Assembly (NCBI GenBank): GCA_036339735.1
Contig: JAYZAL010000066.1
Coordinates: 42,652-106,651, forward strand
Reading direction: 5' to 3'
From: Candidatus Poribacteria bacterium
GTDB taxonomy: Bacteria > Poribacteria > WGA-4E > UBA9662
DNA length: 64,000 bases
The position numbers were made by a program, and so were the translations under genes. The notes under the pieces are model-generated. The model was given only the letters and a program-made list of their open reading frames with translations. It had not been told where the DNA came from and made no database searches. Below, piece after piece: positions 49,138-58,649 of the stretch (within the stretch, counting starts at the first letter, position 1; each line of letters opens with the position of its first letter).

Positions 49138-50703
49138 ATGAAAAAGTTGGCGAAGGGTAATTCGGTGCCCTTAGATCAATCTGATAACGAGAATTTACTA
49201 GTAGAGAGTTCGTCTAATAACTTGGCCTACCGTTCCTTCGAAAAACAGAAGGCAACAGATCGATTACATCAAATACTGCCGACATATCGTGCAACGAACA
49301 CGCCCATTAAACAAACGGCCAAGGCTATTAGATTTATTCTTCTAGCCACTATACCTGTTGCGTTGATGGTTTGTTTAACAGCTCTTTTGTTCATTGGTTA
49401 CAGAGCTTTCGGCGATTTTGAAACCTTCTGGCATCATCTAAGAGAGAATAAGACATTTGCTGTTAGCCTCAGTGACGATAAAACTCTGCAAGATGTAGCG
49501 GTCGAGGATGTCTTAGCCAGATTGGAGTCTACTGATAAATCAGTTCATCAAAAGTTAGCAGAATTAGCCGCAGTTGGTTATGACTCGAATAATGGCTCAA
49601 GTTTGGTTATATATGATGAAAAGAAAAGAGCTGAGTACCGCCTAACGTATGAACAACAGATTCAATTGGCGATCACTCAAGCTTATGAAATTTATAATCA
49701 GTATGATCCAGCCACGGAGGCAAGCGTTTTTGGCGTTACAACGGAAAATTTAATATACCAAAAAGGACTAAAAGTCAGCGGGTACGCACCGATGACGCTA
49801 CGGCAATCGCTATATGAAGGGCGTCGGTACTTTGCTTTTGCTTTGATTGCAGGTCAGTTAGCAGGCATTGATCCGCTACGTTTACTAAAAATATTTGAAA
49901 TTGAAAGTAACTTTACTGAAACTGCGGTGGGTTCCAATCGACAGGGTGATGCAGACGACGATATAGGTATAGCTCAAAATAATCTAGTAGTAATCCCAGG
50001 ATTAATTCGAGAAATGCTGAACCCAAATAGCAAAGTATACTGTCCTTACTTCGAATTTCTTTCTATTGGAGAAGATTTAGAAACTAAGCAACAGCTGTCG
50101 TGGTCTGGTTATCTGGTTCGGTTAGAGTCCGAGTTGGATGGGAGTTATCATCGACCAAGTAACCCTTCAGGCAGATACTACATTAACTTGCTAAAAGCTC
50201 CACATATTTCGGCAATCTTAGCAGCCTACCATATTAAGCGAGACCAATACTACGGATTTCAAAAGTGTGTCAAATTTTATCAAGAAAACGCTAAAGCGCT
50301 GAAGAAGACGCTCAACCTAAAAAGCGATATCGATCCATATCACTGGACAGATTATAGTTTTTACAATGGCGGCCCCACGCGATGGCGAATGATACAAAAT
50401 TACTTAAAATTGACAGAGGCAAAAAAGCCAGTAGGTAAAAATTTACAGACCATTGTCCGATTAACCAAGCATCGTAATCTCAATGCTCAAAAAATCGGAA
50501 GTAAAAACGAAGCTCTCCGTCAGATGACCTACGATATAGAAAAAGGCCAACTGGTCGAAAATGATGGTGGCCAACAATATGGGTTGTACGGGTTTTGCGA
50601 GACATTTTCGCCTCGTCAACTAATGTACAATTTGAGTCAACAAGTAGCTGAATCCCCCATACCAACTCAGGTTAAAAATCGTTCTCGGTTGGAAACTCAA
50701 TAA
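49138..50703 (+). CDS. Membrane-anchored lytic transglycosylase (SLT/lysozyme-like fold)
   Basis: One TM helix, then GIDP..L.KI.EIESNF (catalytic Glu), N...D.DDIGIAQNN and YNGGP motifs. Confidence 0.65.
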   Translation: MKKLAKGNSVPLDQSDNENLLVESSSNNLAYRSFEKQKATDRLHQILPTYRATNTPIKQTAKAIRFILLATIPVALMVCLTALLFIGYRAFGDFETFWHHLRENKTFAVSLSDDKTLQDVAVEDVLARLESTDKSVHQKLAELAAVGYDSNNGSSLVIYDEKKRAEYRLTYEQQIQLAITQAYEIYNQYDPATEASVFGVTTENLIYQKGLKVSGYAPMTLRQSLYEGRRYFAFALIAGQLAGIDPLRLLKIFEIESNFTETAVGSNRQGDADDDIGIAQNNLVVIPGLIREMLNPNSKVYCPYFEFLSIGEDLETKQQLSWSGYLVRLESELDGSYHRPSNPSGRYYINLLKAPHISAILAAYHIKRDQYYGFQKCVKFYQENAKALKKTLNLKSDIDPYHWTDYSFYNGGPTRWRMIQNYLKLTEAKKPVGKNLQTIVRLTKHRNLNAQKIGSKNEALRQMTYDIEKGQLVENDGGQQYGLYGFCETFSPRQLMYNLSQQVAESPIPTQVKNRSRLETQ

Positions 50704-50710
50704 AAAACCA

Positions 50711-52447
50711 GTGGACAAGAAACACAATTTAACACCTGCTTCTGGTTTCTTGTTGCTTCTAGTTTCAGTTTACTTGCTAGTTTTTTTAATCTATCCCCTC
50801 TTGTACGTATTCAAATCAGCTCTGTGGATCGAAGGGCGATTCAGCCTACAATTTTTTGCTAACATTGTAACTGATGAGACACAGAGGATTCTGGTTGTTA
50901 ATAGTTTCAAGTTAGCAGTTTCTGTTACCCTAGCGACTACCTTAGTTAGCTTACCTTTAGCCTACATATTGACTCGGTTTCGTTTTCCAGGTCGAGGGGT
51001 ATTCCAAGGCTTAATTCTAATTCCAATGATTATGCCTCCTTTTGTCGGAGCAATTGGAATGAAACAACTGTTTGGTTTATACGGAAGTATAAATACTTTT
51101 CTCGTCCAGGCTGGCTTAGTGGATTTGGCTGATATAGCACCTGCTTCCTTTCTTGACTGGTTTGGAGGTGGTTTTTTTGGTGTAGTCTTATTGTCAACCC
51201 TACACCTATACCCAATCATGTATCTCAACGTTTCTGCTTCTTTAGCTAATGTAGATCCCAGTTTAGAAGAAGCCGCAGAAAACATGGGTGCAAGCAAAAC
51301 AAAGTTGTTTTTCACTATTACCCTACCATTGATGATTCCTGGGTATTTTGCGGGTGCTATAATCGTATTCATTTGGTCTTTTACTGATCTCGGTACCCCA
51401 CTAATTTTCGACTACTACGACGTAATTGCTGTTCGAATTTTTAAACAAGTCAGCGACATAAACGTCAACCCAAGTGGTTATGCGCTTGTTGTTTTAATTA
51501 TTACCCTAACAGCGGCCTGTTTCTGGGTATCAAAACGTATGACAGCTAGTAGACAATACGCTATGGTTGGCCGAGGACATGTAGGCTCGCGTGAAAATGA
51601 AGCCGTTGGTCTAACTCGTTGGTTTATCTACACATTTATGTGTGGTTTAGGATTGTTGGCTATTCTACCTCACCTAAGTATTATTATGATTTCCTTGACT
51701 CCGGACGCTAGCTTTTTAGAGCCTTTAGAAGACATCTTCCCAAAGCAAATTACGTCCTCTCATTATGGTGATGTTTTTCAGCACGAAGATACTTTTCCAA
51801 GTATTAAAAATAGTCTCTTTTACAGTGTATTCAGCACCATATTAGCTGTTGTTTCAGGCCTACTAATTTCGTTTTTCCTAACTCGAAAAGAGTTACCTTT
51901 TAAAAATTTATTAGATTCAGTTGCCATGTTGCCACTAGCACTTCCAGGCGTTGCTATTGCTTTTGGCTATGTAGGAAGTTTTTCTAGTACGACTATTTTC
52001 TCTTTTTTAGACCCGCGTGAAAATCCAGTTGCATTACTAATCATTGGATATTCAGTTCGTCGTCTTCCATACATGCTACGGTCAATCTACGCAGGGTTAC
52101 AACAAACATCAGTCACATACGAAGAAGCTTCAGCAAATCTTGGTGCAACATCAAGCCAAACGCTTTTCAAAATTACTTTTCCATTAATAGCAGCTAATAT
52201 TATCGCAGGTTCAATTTTGGTTTTTTCTTTCTCGATGCTTGAGGTCAGTGAAAGTTTAATTCTAGCTATGAAAGACGAGTTTGCACCCATCACGAAAGCT
52301 ATTTATAACCTATCGATGTATCCAGGGGGCGAAGGTACTTTTTTAGCTTGCGCTTTGGGTGTTGTCGGTATGTTATTGTTGATATTCTGTTTATTAATGG
52401 CCAGTCGTACTTTAGGTGGGAAGTTAGGAGAAATTTTCAAAATCTAA
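50711..52447 (+). CDS. ABC transporter permease, FbpB/ThiP-like (two BPD_transp_1 domains)
   Basis: About 12 TM helices and two EAA motifs (DPSLEEAAENMGA, YEEASANLGA). Confidence 0.9.
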   Translation: MDKKHNLTPASGFLLLLVSVYLLVFLIYPLLYVFKSALWIEGRFSLQFFANIVTDETQRILVVNSFKLAVSVTLATTLVSLPLAYILTRFRFPGRGVFQGLILIPMIMPPFVGAIGMKQLFGLYGSINTFLVQAGLVDLADIAPASFLDWFGGGFFGVVLLSTLHLYPIMYLNVSASLANVDPSLEEAAENMGASKTKLFFTITLPLMIPGYFAGAIIVFIWSFTDLGTPLIFDYYDVIAVRIFKQVSDINVNPSGYALVVLIITLTAACFWVSKRMTASRQYAMVGRGHVGSRENEAVGLTRWFIYTFMCGLGLLAILPHLSIIMISLTPDASFLEPLEDIFPKQITSSHYGDVFQHEDTFPSIKNSLFYSVFSTILAVVSGLLISFFLTRKELPFKNLLDSVAMLPLALPGVAIAFGYVGSFSSTTIFSFLDPRENPVALLIIGYSVRRLPYMLRSIYAGLQQTSVTYEEASANLGATSSQTLFKITFPLIAANIIAGSILVFSFSMLEVSESLILAMKDEFAPITKAIYNLSMYPGGEGTFLACALGVVGMLLLIFCLLMASRTLGGKLGEIFKI

Positions 52448-52593
52448 ATTGTAATCCCACCTTGCTTGATTAATTTAGTCTCCGCTGTCAAAATTACCAA
52501 AATCAAACTGAACACCAAACCGTCTGGTTTTGATTTCGAGAAAGGTAAATACGTTTTTGGAATACACTCGGGTCCAAAGTGTTGGTATGACAT
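52444..52593 (-). CDS. Possible 49-aa small ORF or gene remnant (MSYQHFGPECIPKTYLPFSKSKPDGLVFSLILVILTAETKLIKQGGITI)
   Basis: AAGGAGG lies 6 nt before the ATG at 52593; the TAG overlaps the permease stop. It is below the ORF-track cutoff. Confidence 0.3.
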   Translation of the reverse strand: MSYQHFGPECIPKTYLPFSKSKPDGLVFSLILVILTAETKLIKQGGITI

Positions 52594-52998
52594 GCTGGGC
52601 CTCCTTCTGAGCTACTTTGTCAGTCTACTGATATGGAAGCAAACACTCAAAAATTAGTTCCTACAAATCTGGCTGGCAAAATAGCTAGATTCATGTCTGT
52701 TCTATAGGAGTTAAAAATCTAAAAAATCAGAAGCTCAGATGGTTAGGCCAATATAAAGCAACACAGAGGCTAATTACTCTTATAAGAAAACTGGTCTAAC
52801 TCCTACAAATTCGGCAATTCCGCCTCTAAGTTTTTAGATATTCCTTGTCTTTCTAGCAAAGATACAAAAATTCAAGTTGAACTTTTATTACCAATTAGCC
52901 GTTATCATTTTATGGTAGGTTAGTTTAGGAAAATCACCACTGAATAAAGACAAAAGTTGAATTGATTAGACCTTAATCCTTCGGACTCCACTTTTTAG

Positions 52999-54693
52999 AT
53001 GTACATAGAATTGAATCTTCAATTTTTTCAGTTCCCAAATAGAATTATATCTCATCTAACTATTTTATTATTCATGGTAGCTGCAGCTCATGTATCAATT
53101 GCAACACCTTTTTTCAAAAATGTAAATGAGATCGCTGGCATTGAATTCAACCACCAATCTGGAAAAAGTAAAGAAAAACATATGATTGAAACCATGGGGT
53201 CAGGGGTTATACTAATCGACTACAACAATGACGGTTTATTAGATCTCTATTTGGTAAATTCTGGAGATACTTCAACAGGAAAAAATGGAGTTGGCAACGT
53301 TTTATACAGAAATAATGGAGGTGGAACATTCACAGATACCACTAATGAAGCTGGGCTGGGAGATCTCGGCTATGGCATGGGGGGTACGTCAGCCGACTAT
53401 GATAATGATGGCGATACTGATCTTTATCTGGCGAACTTTGGTGCTGACTCTTTTTATCGTAACAATGGTGACGGGAGTTTTACAGAAATATCTCAGGAAG
53501 TGGGCATTGATAATCCTGATTGGGCTGTAGCTGGTGCTTTTTTAGATTATGACTTGGACGGGGACTTAGATTTGTTCATTGTAAACTACTTGCAATATTC
53601 TCTAGTGGATCGCCAATCTAACTCAGGAAACAGTATGGTAGGTTACCAACACCCAAGAGCATTCAAAGGTACAAAAGACAAACTTTACCAAAATAATGGA
53701 GATGGTACTTTTACTGATGTTTCTCTTGTTTCGGGTGTCACTAATGCTGAAGAAGGTCGTGGCATGGCCGTCGTCTCCTTCGATTATGATAATGATCATT
53801 GGCCTGACATCTATGTGGCAAATGATACCAATCGTAATTTTCTATATCGTAATAATGGAGATGGTACTTTCACCGATAATAGCTTATTAGCAGGAACCGG
53901 TTACGATGAAACTGGTATTGCAGAAGGGTCAATGGGTGTCGATTGTGGGGACTATAATCAAGATGGATGGTTAGACCTAATTGTTGCCAATTCAGAAACA
54001 GCAACTTTATATAGAAATGATCAACATGGTTTTTTCGTTGAGGCAACAGTTGAAGCTGGACTAAGCGAGCCGACCTTCCGTTTTGTTGGTTTTAGTCCCA
54101 TTTTTTTTGACTATGACCATGACACATATCTTGACATATTCTCAGTTAATGGCCACCCACAGGATATTATTGAACAGTTGATGGACAGTGAGACCTATGC
54201 CCAAGTAGACCAGCTGTTTCGCAATCTGGGTGATGGATCATTTTTAGAGGTATCAACATTTGCCGGCGAATATTTTGATAAACCCTACGTTGGTCGATCT
54301 GTTGTTGGTGGAGACTACGATAATGATGGGGACATCGATTTGTTGGTTTCTAACTCTAATCAGCCAGCGTTTTTGTTAAGAAATGAGATTGGGAATCAGC
54401 AAAATTGGCTCTTGATTCGGTTAGAGGGCAAATATAGTAATCGAGATGGAATTGGTTCTCGAGTCACGGTTGAGATTAAAAACGAAGGGAAAAGAATTAC
54501 ACAAACAGCAGAAGTAAAGAGTGGTTCAAATTATGCTTCAAACAGTGACATTCGGCTACATTTTGGATTAGGTAAAGCACAAAACGTAGATCGTATCCAT
54601 ATTCATTGGAGTCGGGGAACCAAACAGAATATATATAATGCTTCCGTTAATCAGTTGCTAATTATCCAAGAAGTTTTGGGGCAAGGACAATGA
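52999..54693 (+). CDS. CRTAC1-family FG-GAP repeat protein with an ASPIC/UnbV domain (paralogue of 34224..35918)
   Basis: ETMGSG, DYDNDGDxD repeats and NRDGIGSRV...SGS.YAS.SD.RLHFGLG. Confidence 0.9.
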   Translation: MYIELNLQFFQFPNRIISHLTILLFMVAAAHVSIATPFFKNVNEIAGIEFNHQSGKSKEKHMIETMGSGVILIDYNNDGLLDLYLVNSGDTSTGKNGVGNVLYRNNGGGTFTDTTNEAGLGDLGYGMGGTSADYDNDGDTDLYLANFGADSFYRNNGDGSFTEISQEVGIDNPDWAVAGAFLDYDLDGDLDLFIVNYLQYSLVDRQSNSGNSMVGYQHPRAFKGTKDKLYQNNGDGTFTDVSLVSGVTNAEEGRGMAVVSFDYDNDHWPDIYVANDTNRNFLYRNNGDGTFTDNSLLAGTGYDETGIAEGSMGVDCGDYNQDGWLDLIVANSETATLYRNDQHGFFVEATVEAGLSEPTFRFVGFSPIFFDYDHDTYLDIFSVNGHPQDIIEQLMDSETYAQVDQLFRNLGDGSFLEVSTFAGEYFDKPYVGRSVVGGDYDNDGDIDLLVSNSNQPAFLLRNEIGNQQNWLLIRLEGKYSNRDGIGSRVTVEIKNEGKRITQTAEVKSGSNYASNSDIRLHFGLGKAQNVDRIHIHWSRGTKQNIYNASVNQLLIIQEVLGQGQ

Positions 54694-55046
54694 CAAATAC
54701 AAAAAGAACAAAGCCAAAAAAATTAAAACGCATCGATAATGGTTTTCTAATTGTTTGGCAAGACGGGCACTCAAGTTATTACGAATTGACCTATCTACGA
54801 GCTTTGTGCCCGTGTGCTGAATGTAGCGCTATACGAAATGATGGACAAGATGTACATTCTTTTTTTTCGAGTATTGGCCATGGAAATATCGATAAGATCG
54901 ATACAGTTGGGATTGAAGCTATAGATATAAAACTGGTGGGACGGTACGCGATCAACTTTTTTTGGAATGATGGCCACCGATCAGGTATCTACGATTTCAA
55001 ATTCCTGCGTTCCATCTGTCCAACTGAAAGCGAAGAGAAGGAGTAA
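54690..55046 (+). CDS. DUF971 / GBBH-like N-terminal domain protein
   Basis: W.DGH.S.Y...YLR..CPCAEC...VGRYAI...W.DGH.SGIY.F..LR. Confidence 0.9.
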   Translation: MTNTKRTKPKKLKRIDNGFLIVWQDGHSSYYELTYLRALCPCAECSAIRNDGQDVHSFFSSIGHGNIDKIDTVGIEAIDIKLVGRYAINFFWNDGHRSGIYDFKFLRSICPTESEEKE

Positions 55047-55189
55047 AAGATCCAGTTAATATGGTACTGACGGGTATCATAGGTCTCGTTTGGGATCGTT
55101 TTTGACTCGTTTTTTTGTCAATGAATCTTGTGAATTGATTTCAGTTAGTCATAACACAAGTACAAGATCCCTGATAAAGACTTTTGGTA

Positions 55190-55218
55190 TTGACGGTTCC
55201 GAATTATCCTGTTACTAT
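55190..55218 (+). promoter_or_regulatory. sigma70 promoter for the 286-aa gene
   Basis: TTGACG, 17 nt spacer, TACTAT with an extended TG. Confidence 0.6.
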
Positions 55219-55266
55219 TTTCGGTGGACTGATTAAGCAAACAATCACCGATTTCAGGGAAAAATT

Positions 55267-56127
55267 ATGTCAGAAGAAACTGCAAGCAAGGAGCTCGCGC
55301 CTTTAACTGAGTTTGAGGTGCTGGAGCAAGTTGACGACCAAGCTATTGTGCAGATGATGACTGGACAAGCCATAAAAGATTATGTTTACTCCTTCAAACA
55401 AGGTGGAAAAACGGTTGAAGGATTAACTTTAGCTGGTATCAACGAAGCCGCCAATAGACGTGGAGGCATCGAAGTAGAGAGCCTCGAATTCGAGGAAAAA
55501 GAAAAAAGTTGGTTGGCGATTGTTAAAGCTACAGATACAATCACTGGTTCCAGTCGCTTTGGAGCTTCAGAACAGAGTAAAACCATGGGGTCTCGAACGG
55601 ATCCACATGCCTTTACTAAAGCTATTCATAAGGCCCAAAGGAACGCTATCAAACAATTACTACCAGTTCCAATTATCAAAGAAGTATTGAACTTCTATCT
55701 ACATCGTCAACACGAAACAAAGCATGTTTCTGTTTCCAACGATGCTAATACTGAACAATTAGGTAGTGCCCAAAAAGCAGCTTTTGCTCTCGCTACAAAG
55801 TTGAAAGATAAACTAGAGCAACAAAGTATATCTCAGGAAAATTTTTGGTCGTACGTAAAAACGCGGTTCGGAGTGGAATCTCGTAACCAAATGAGTGAAG
55901 TTGATTGGACAACACTGGCAGCTGAGTTAACCGCAGCTTCGTCGAAAAGAGAATTATTTCAAGAGTTTATAAAGAAGATTAAACAGATACAGGCCGCTAG
56001 CCAAGAAAGCGAAGTTACCAAACCTGCTGATACGCCAACAGAACCTGAACCTATAGTTGTTGAGGCAATGCCAACAGAACCGGTGACTCCCAAAGCTACC
56101 GACCGGTCAACAGTCCTACCTTTCTAG
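55267..56127 (+). CDS. Putative Rad52/Sak/RecT-superfamily single-strand annealing protein
   Basis: GLT..G..E.A, a beta-meander (IEVESLEFEE..WLAIVKATD..TG..R.G), the helix AFTKA.HKA.RNAI, a helical C-terminal domain and an acidic/Pro tail ending LPF. Confidence 0.5.
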   Translation: MSEETASKELAPLTEFEVLEQVDDQAIVQMMTGQAIKDYVYSFKQGGKTVEGLTLAGINEAANRRGGIEVESLEFEEKEKSWLAIVKATDTITGSSRFGASEQSKTMGSRTDPHAFTKAIHKAQRNAIKQLLPVPIIKEVLNFYLHRQHETKHVSVSNDANTEQLGSAQKAAFALATKLKDKLEQQSISQENFWSYVKTRFGVESRNQMSEVDWTTLAAELTAASSKRELFQEFIKKIKQIQAASQESEVTKPADTPTEPEPIVVEAMPTEPVTPKATDRSTVLPF

Positions 56128-56149
56128 TTAATATTGCCCGTTCCCCCTT

Positions 56150-57733
56150 ATGGTGATAAACCATAGAAAAGAAACAGAGGGGAGAAATGTTTCCCCTCTC
56201 TCTGACTACTTCCACCGCCTAGAAAAGAGCAATCATTTCATTTTGGGTTTGACCGGAGTGTATTTTCTTGTGCTTCTCTTCGCAATTTACCATCATGAAA
56301 TGTGGCGCGACGAAATGCAAGCGTGGCTTCTAGCACGAGACAGTAGTAATTTTTTTGCTTTGTTCCAACATATGAAGTATGAGGGACACCCCGCGTTGTG
56401 GCACCTAATTTTGATGCCGATTACTCGATTATCCCTGTCCCCGATTGGCATGCAAGTTACTCATCTAGTCATTGCTACAACTACTGTTTTTCTTATAGTC
56501 AAATATTCGCCTTTCACTCTATTTCAAAAGCTTTTTTTCGTTTTTGGATACTACCCTTTGTACGAATATAGTGTTATCTGCCGTAACTATGCTATTGGCT
56601 TGCTACTAGTTATAGTTCTTTGTATTCTTCTAGAACAACGCTACAAATCCCCGATGTTGTTAGCTGCGACTCTTTTTCTACTCAGTCATTCAAGTGTACA
56701 TGCCCTAATTTTGGTTATCGGAACGACACTCGGCTTAGGGGCAGACTACTTACTGAACCATCAGAAAATCAGTTCTCGTCGGATTTATATTGGTTTGGGT
56801 CTAATCATTATTGGAATCGTAACAGCAATTATTCAACTAAACCCACCGAGCGATACTGGATTTGCTGTTGGCTGGTATTTCAAATTCGATCTTGAGCGTG
56901 TTTATAAGACTCTTCATCTAGTCTCGAGAGCGTTTTTTCCTATTCCGAACGAGGGAATCCATTTTTGGGGTAGCGAATTACTAATGAAATTCAGTTGGTT
57001 CCAGAAATATAAGTTAACAATTGCCCTCCTGATCATAGGAGTTACTACAGTAATTACATTAGCTCGCCCTTCAGCTTTGTTAGTTTATATTTCCAGCACA
57101 ACTGGCCTATTAGTCTTTTTTTATATCAAATATCAAGGTTCAATTCGCCATCATGGTTTCTTGTTTATTACGTTTTTACTGATAGTGTGGGGGGGGAGAT
57201 CCTTCAAATCTTACTTCCGATGGCCCTACTTTTTTCAATCTTATGTTCGAACTACTCTGAATCTTCTTTTGACGGGTTTGCTATTGATGCATGCTGTGGG
57301 TGGTTTAACAGCAGTCGCCAACGACATTAGGTATCCCTTTTCTTATGGTAAACTAACAGCGGAATTCATCAAGGCACAGAAGTTAGACCAAATACCGATT
57401 GTGGGTGATGTTGATTTTGCAGTCAGTACAGTAGTCGGTTACTTAGAAAAAGAATCGGTTTACTACGCGAGAGGAGATCGAAAAGGGTCATTCGTCCGAT
57501 GGGATAATCGGCGCACACAAGGGGTTAGCAACCAAAAAGTTTTAGAGAAAGCCAAACAGATCGGCATAGAAAGCCAAAGTGACGTTCTACTCATTCTCAA
57601 CCGCCGTCTTCCCACTGAAGAAGCTATAAAAAAACATCCTGTAGAGAAGTTGGTTGAATTTACTGGTTCTACGATCGGTGATGAGGGCTTTTACTTATAT
57701 CGTTACCGAACAATATTAGGATTGTCTGACTAA
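56150..57733 (+). CDS. Polytopic membrane protein, GT-C glycosyltransferase-like
   Basis: HHEMWRDE.QAW after TM1, YEGHP.LW, YS..CRNY and many TM helices. Confidence 0.65.
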   Translation: MVINHRKETEGRNVSPLSDYFHRLEKSNHFILGLTGVYFLVLLFAIYHHEMWRDEMQAWLLARDSSNFFALFQHMKYEGHPALWHLILMPITRLSLSPIGMQVTHLVIATTTVFLIVKYSPFTLFQKLFFVFGYYPLYEYSVICRNYAIGLLLVIVLCILLEQRYKSPMLLAATLFLLSHSSVHALILVIGTTLGLGADYLLNHQKISSRRIYIGLGLIIIGIVTAIIQLNPPSDTGFAVGWYFKFDLERVYKTLHLVSRAFFPIPNEGIHFWGSELLMKFSWFQKYKLTIALLIIGVTTVITLARPSALLVYISSTTGLLVFFYIKYQGSIRHHGFLFITFLLIVWGGRSFKSYFRWPYFFQSYVRTTLNLLLTGLLLMHAVGGLTAVANDIRYPFSYGKLTAEFIKAQKLDQIPIVGDVDFAVSTVVGYLEKESVYYARGDRKGSFVRWDNRRTQGVSNQKVLEKAKQIGIESQSDVLLILNRRLPTEEAIKKHPVEKLVEFTGSTIGDEGFYLYRYRTILGLSD

Positions 57734-57780
57734 GGCGACCTTCCCAAACCAATGGTTCAGTTAGTCTAGGAAGGTACCTT
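57732..57780. terminator. Imperfect hairpin between convergent genes
   Basis: aagg.accttcc ... ggaaggt.cctt. Confidence 0.4.
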
Positions 57781-57808
57781 ATTAAATAACAACCGAAATG
57801 ATAAGGGA

Positions 57809-58594
57809 TCATTCAGATGATTTGATTTGTCCCCAAATTGTCGACAGTTTGTCTTTAGACTCTACAGTGAATGGGTTGTCTAGGTCTTTGAAGTATTCAA
57901 AATGAGCGGTCAATTTTCCTCCAGCACCATCGGCAATTCCAGAATAAATACCAACTTCTAGAGGATCTTTCAACTTGGATTTATACTCACCCACGAGGTT
58001 CCATTTATCACCTTCTTTTAGTTTGAACCAAGTGGTAAATGTATCTTTTTTGCGTTGCATCCGCATATACATTGGTAAAGCACCTTGCTTGACTTGACCA
58101 TAAGCCGGTACCGTACCAATAAGTCCGGGCTCATTATCTCTCTCTCTGGCTTGGTACTGCAAAACGGCGTTTTTATCGTCCCCACCACGTCCCCACAATT
58201 TCAAAGTTACCCAATCTGGAGTTCTGCCTTTATTGTCTTTAGCTGTCTTAGACAGTGCTACTATACCCTGAACGGTCGAAACATCTTTGTAGTCATGGAT
58301 GAGGTTAGTTTCGATATGGAAATCACCAGAGTGCTTCTGAAACAACCGGTTCGACTGATCTTCTCCCCACAGGTTACGATTGTGCTCACCGGCAATCGTT
58401 AACCAACCGTCTTTGGTTTTACCAATGTCCCACTTCTTCGGTTCATTGGACCACTCCCAGTTTGGATTTCTTAGTGCGTTTCCATCGAACGGGTCCCCCA
58501 GCGAATCAGCAGCTTGACCTAGAAAAACAATTGCAAAAAACAAGAAAAAGGAACAGAAAATTTTAGTCGGTGTTTTCATATTTAGAACCTCCAT
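57809..58594 (-). CDS. Secreted concanavalin-A-like (DUF1349-type) protein with a C-terminal KL.T.WG.IK tail
   Basis: Signal peptide; D.FDG..L.NPNW.W.NEP, GDF.IET and RMQR..DTFT.WF...G..W; ends VESKDKLSTIWGQIKSSE. The start may be the second Met. Confidence 0.75.
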   Translation of the reverse strand: MEVLNMKTPTKIFCSFFLFFAIVFLGQAADSLGDPFDGNALRNPNWEWSNEPKKWDIGKTKDGWLTIAGEHNRNLWGEDQSNRLFQKHSGDFHIETNLIHDYKDVSTVQGIVALSKTAKDNKGRTPDWVTLKLWGRGGDDKNAVLQYQARERDNEPGLIGTVPAYGQVKQGALPMYMRMQRKKDTFTTWFKLKEGDKWNLVGEYKSKLKDPLEVGIYSGIADGAGGKLTAHFEYFKDLDNPFTVESKDKLSTIWGQIKSSE

Positions 58595-58649
58595 AATTTA
58601 CTTATAAATGCAACCACCGAATGATTGTTGCAAATTTTAGTTAGTTAGT

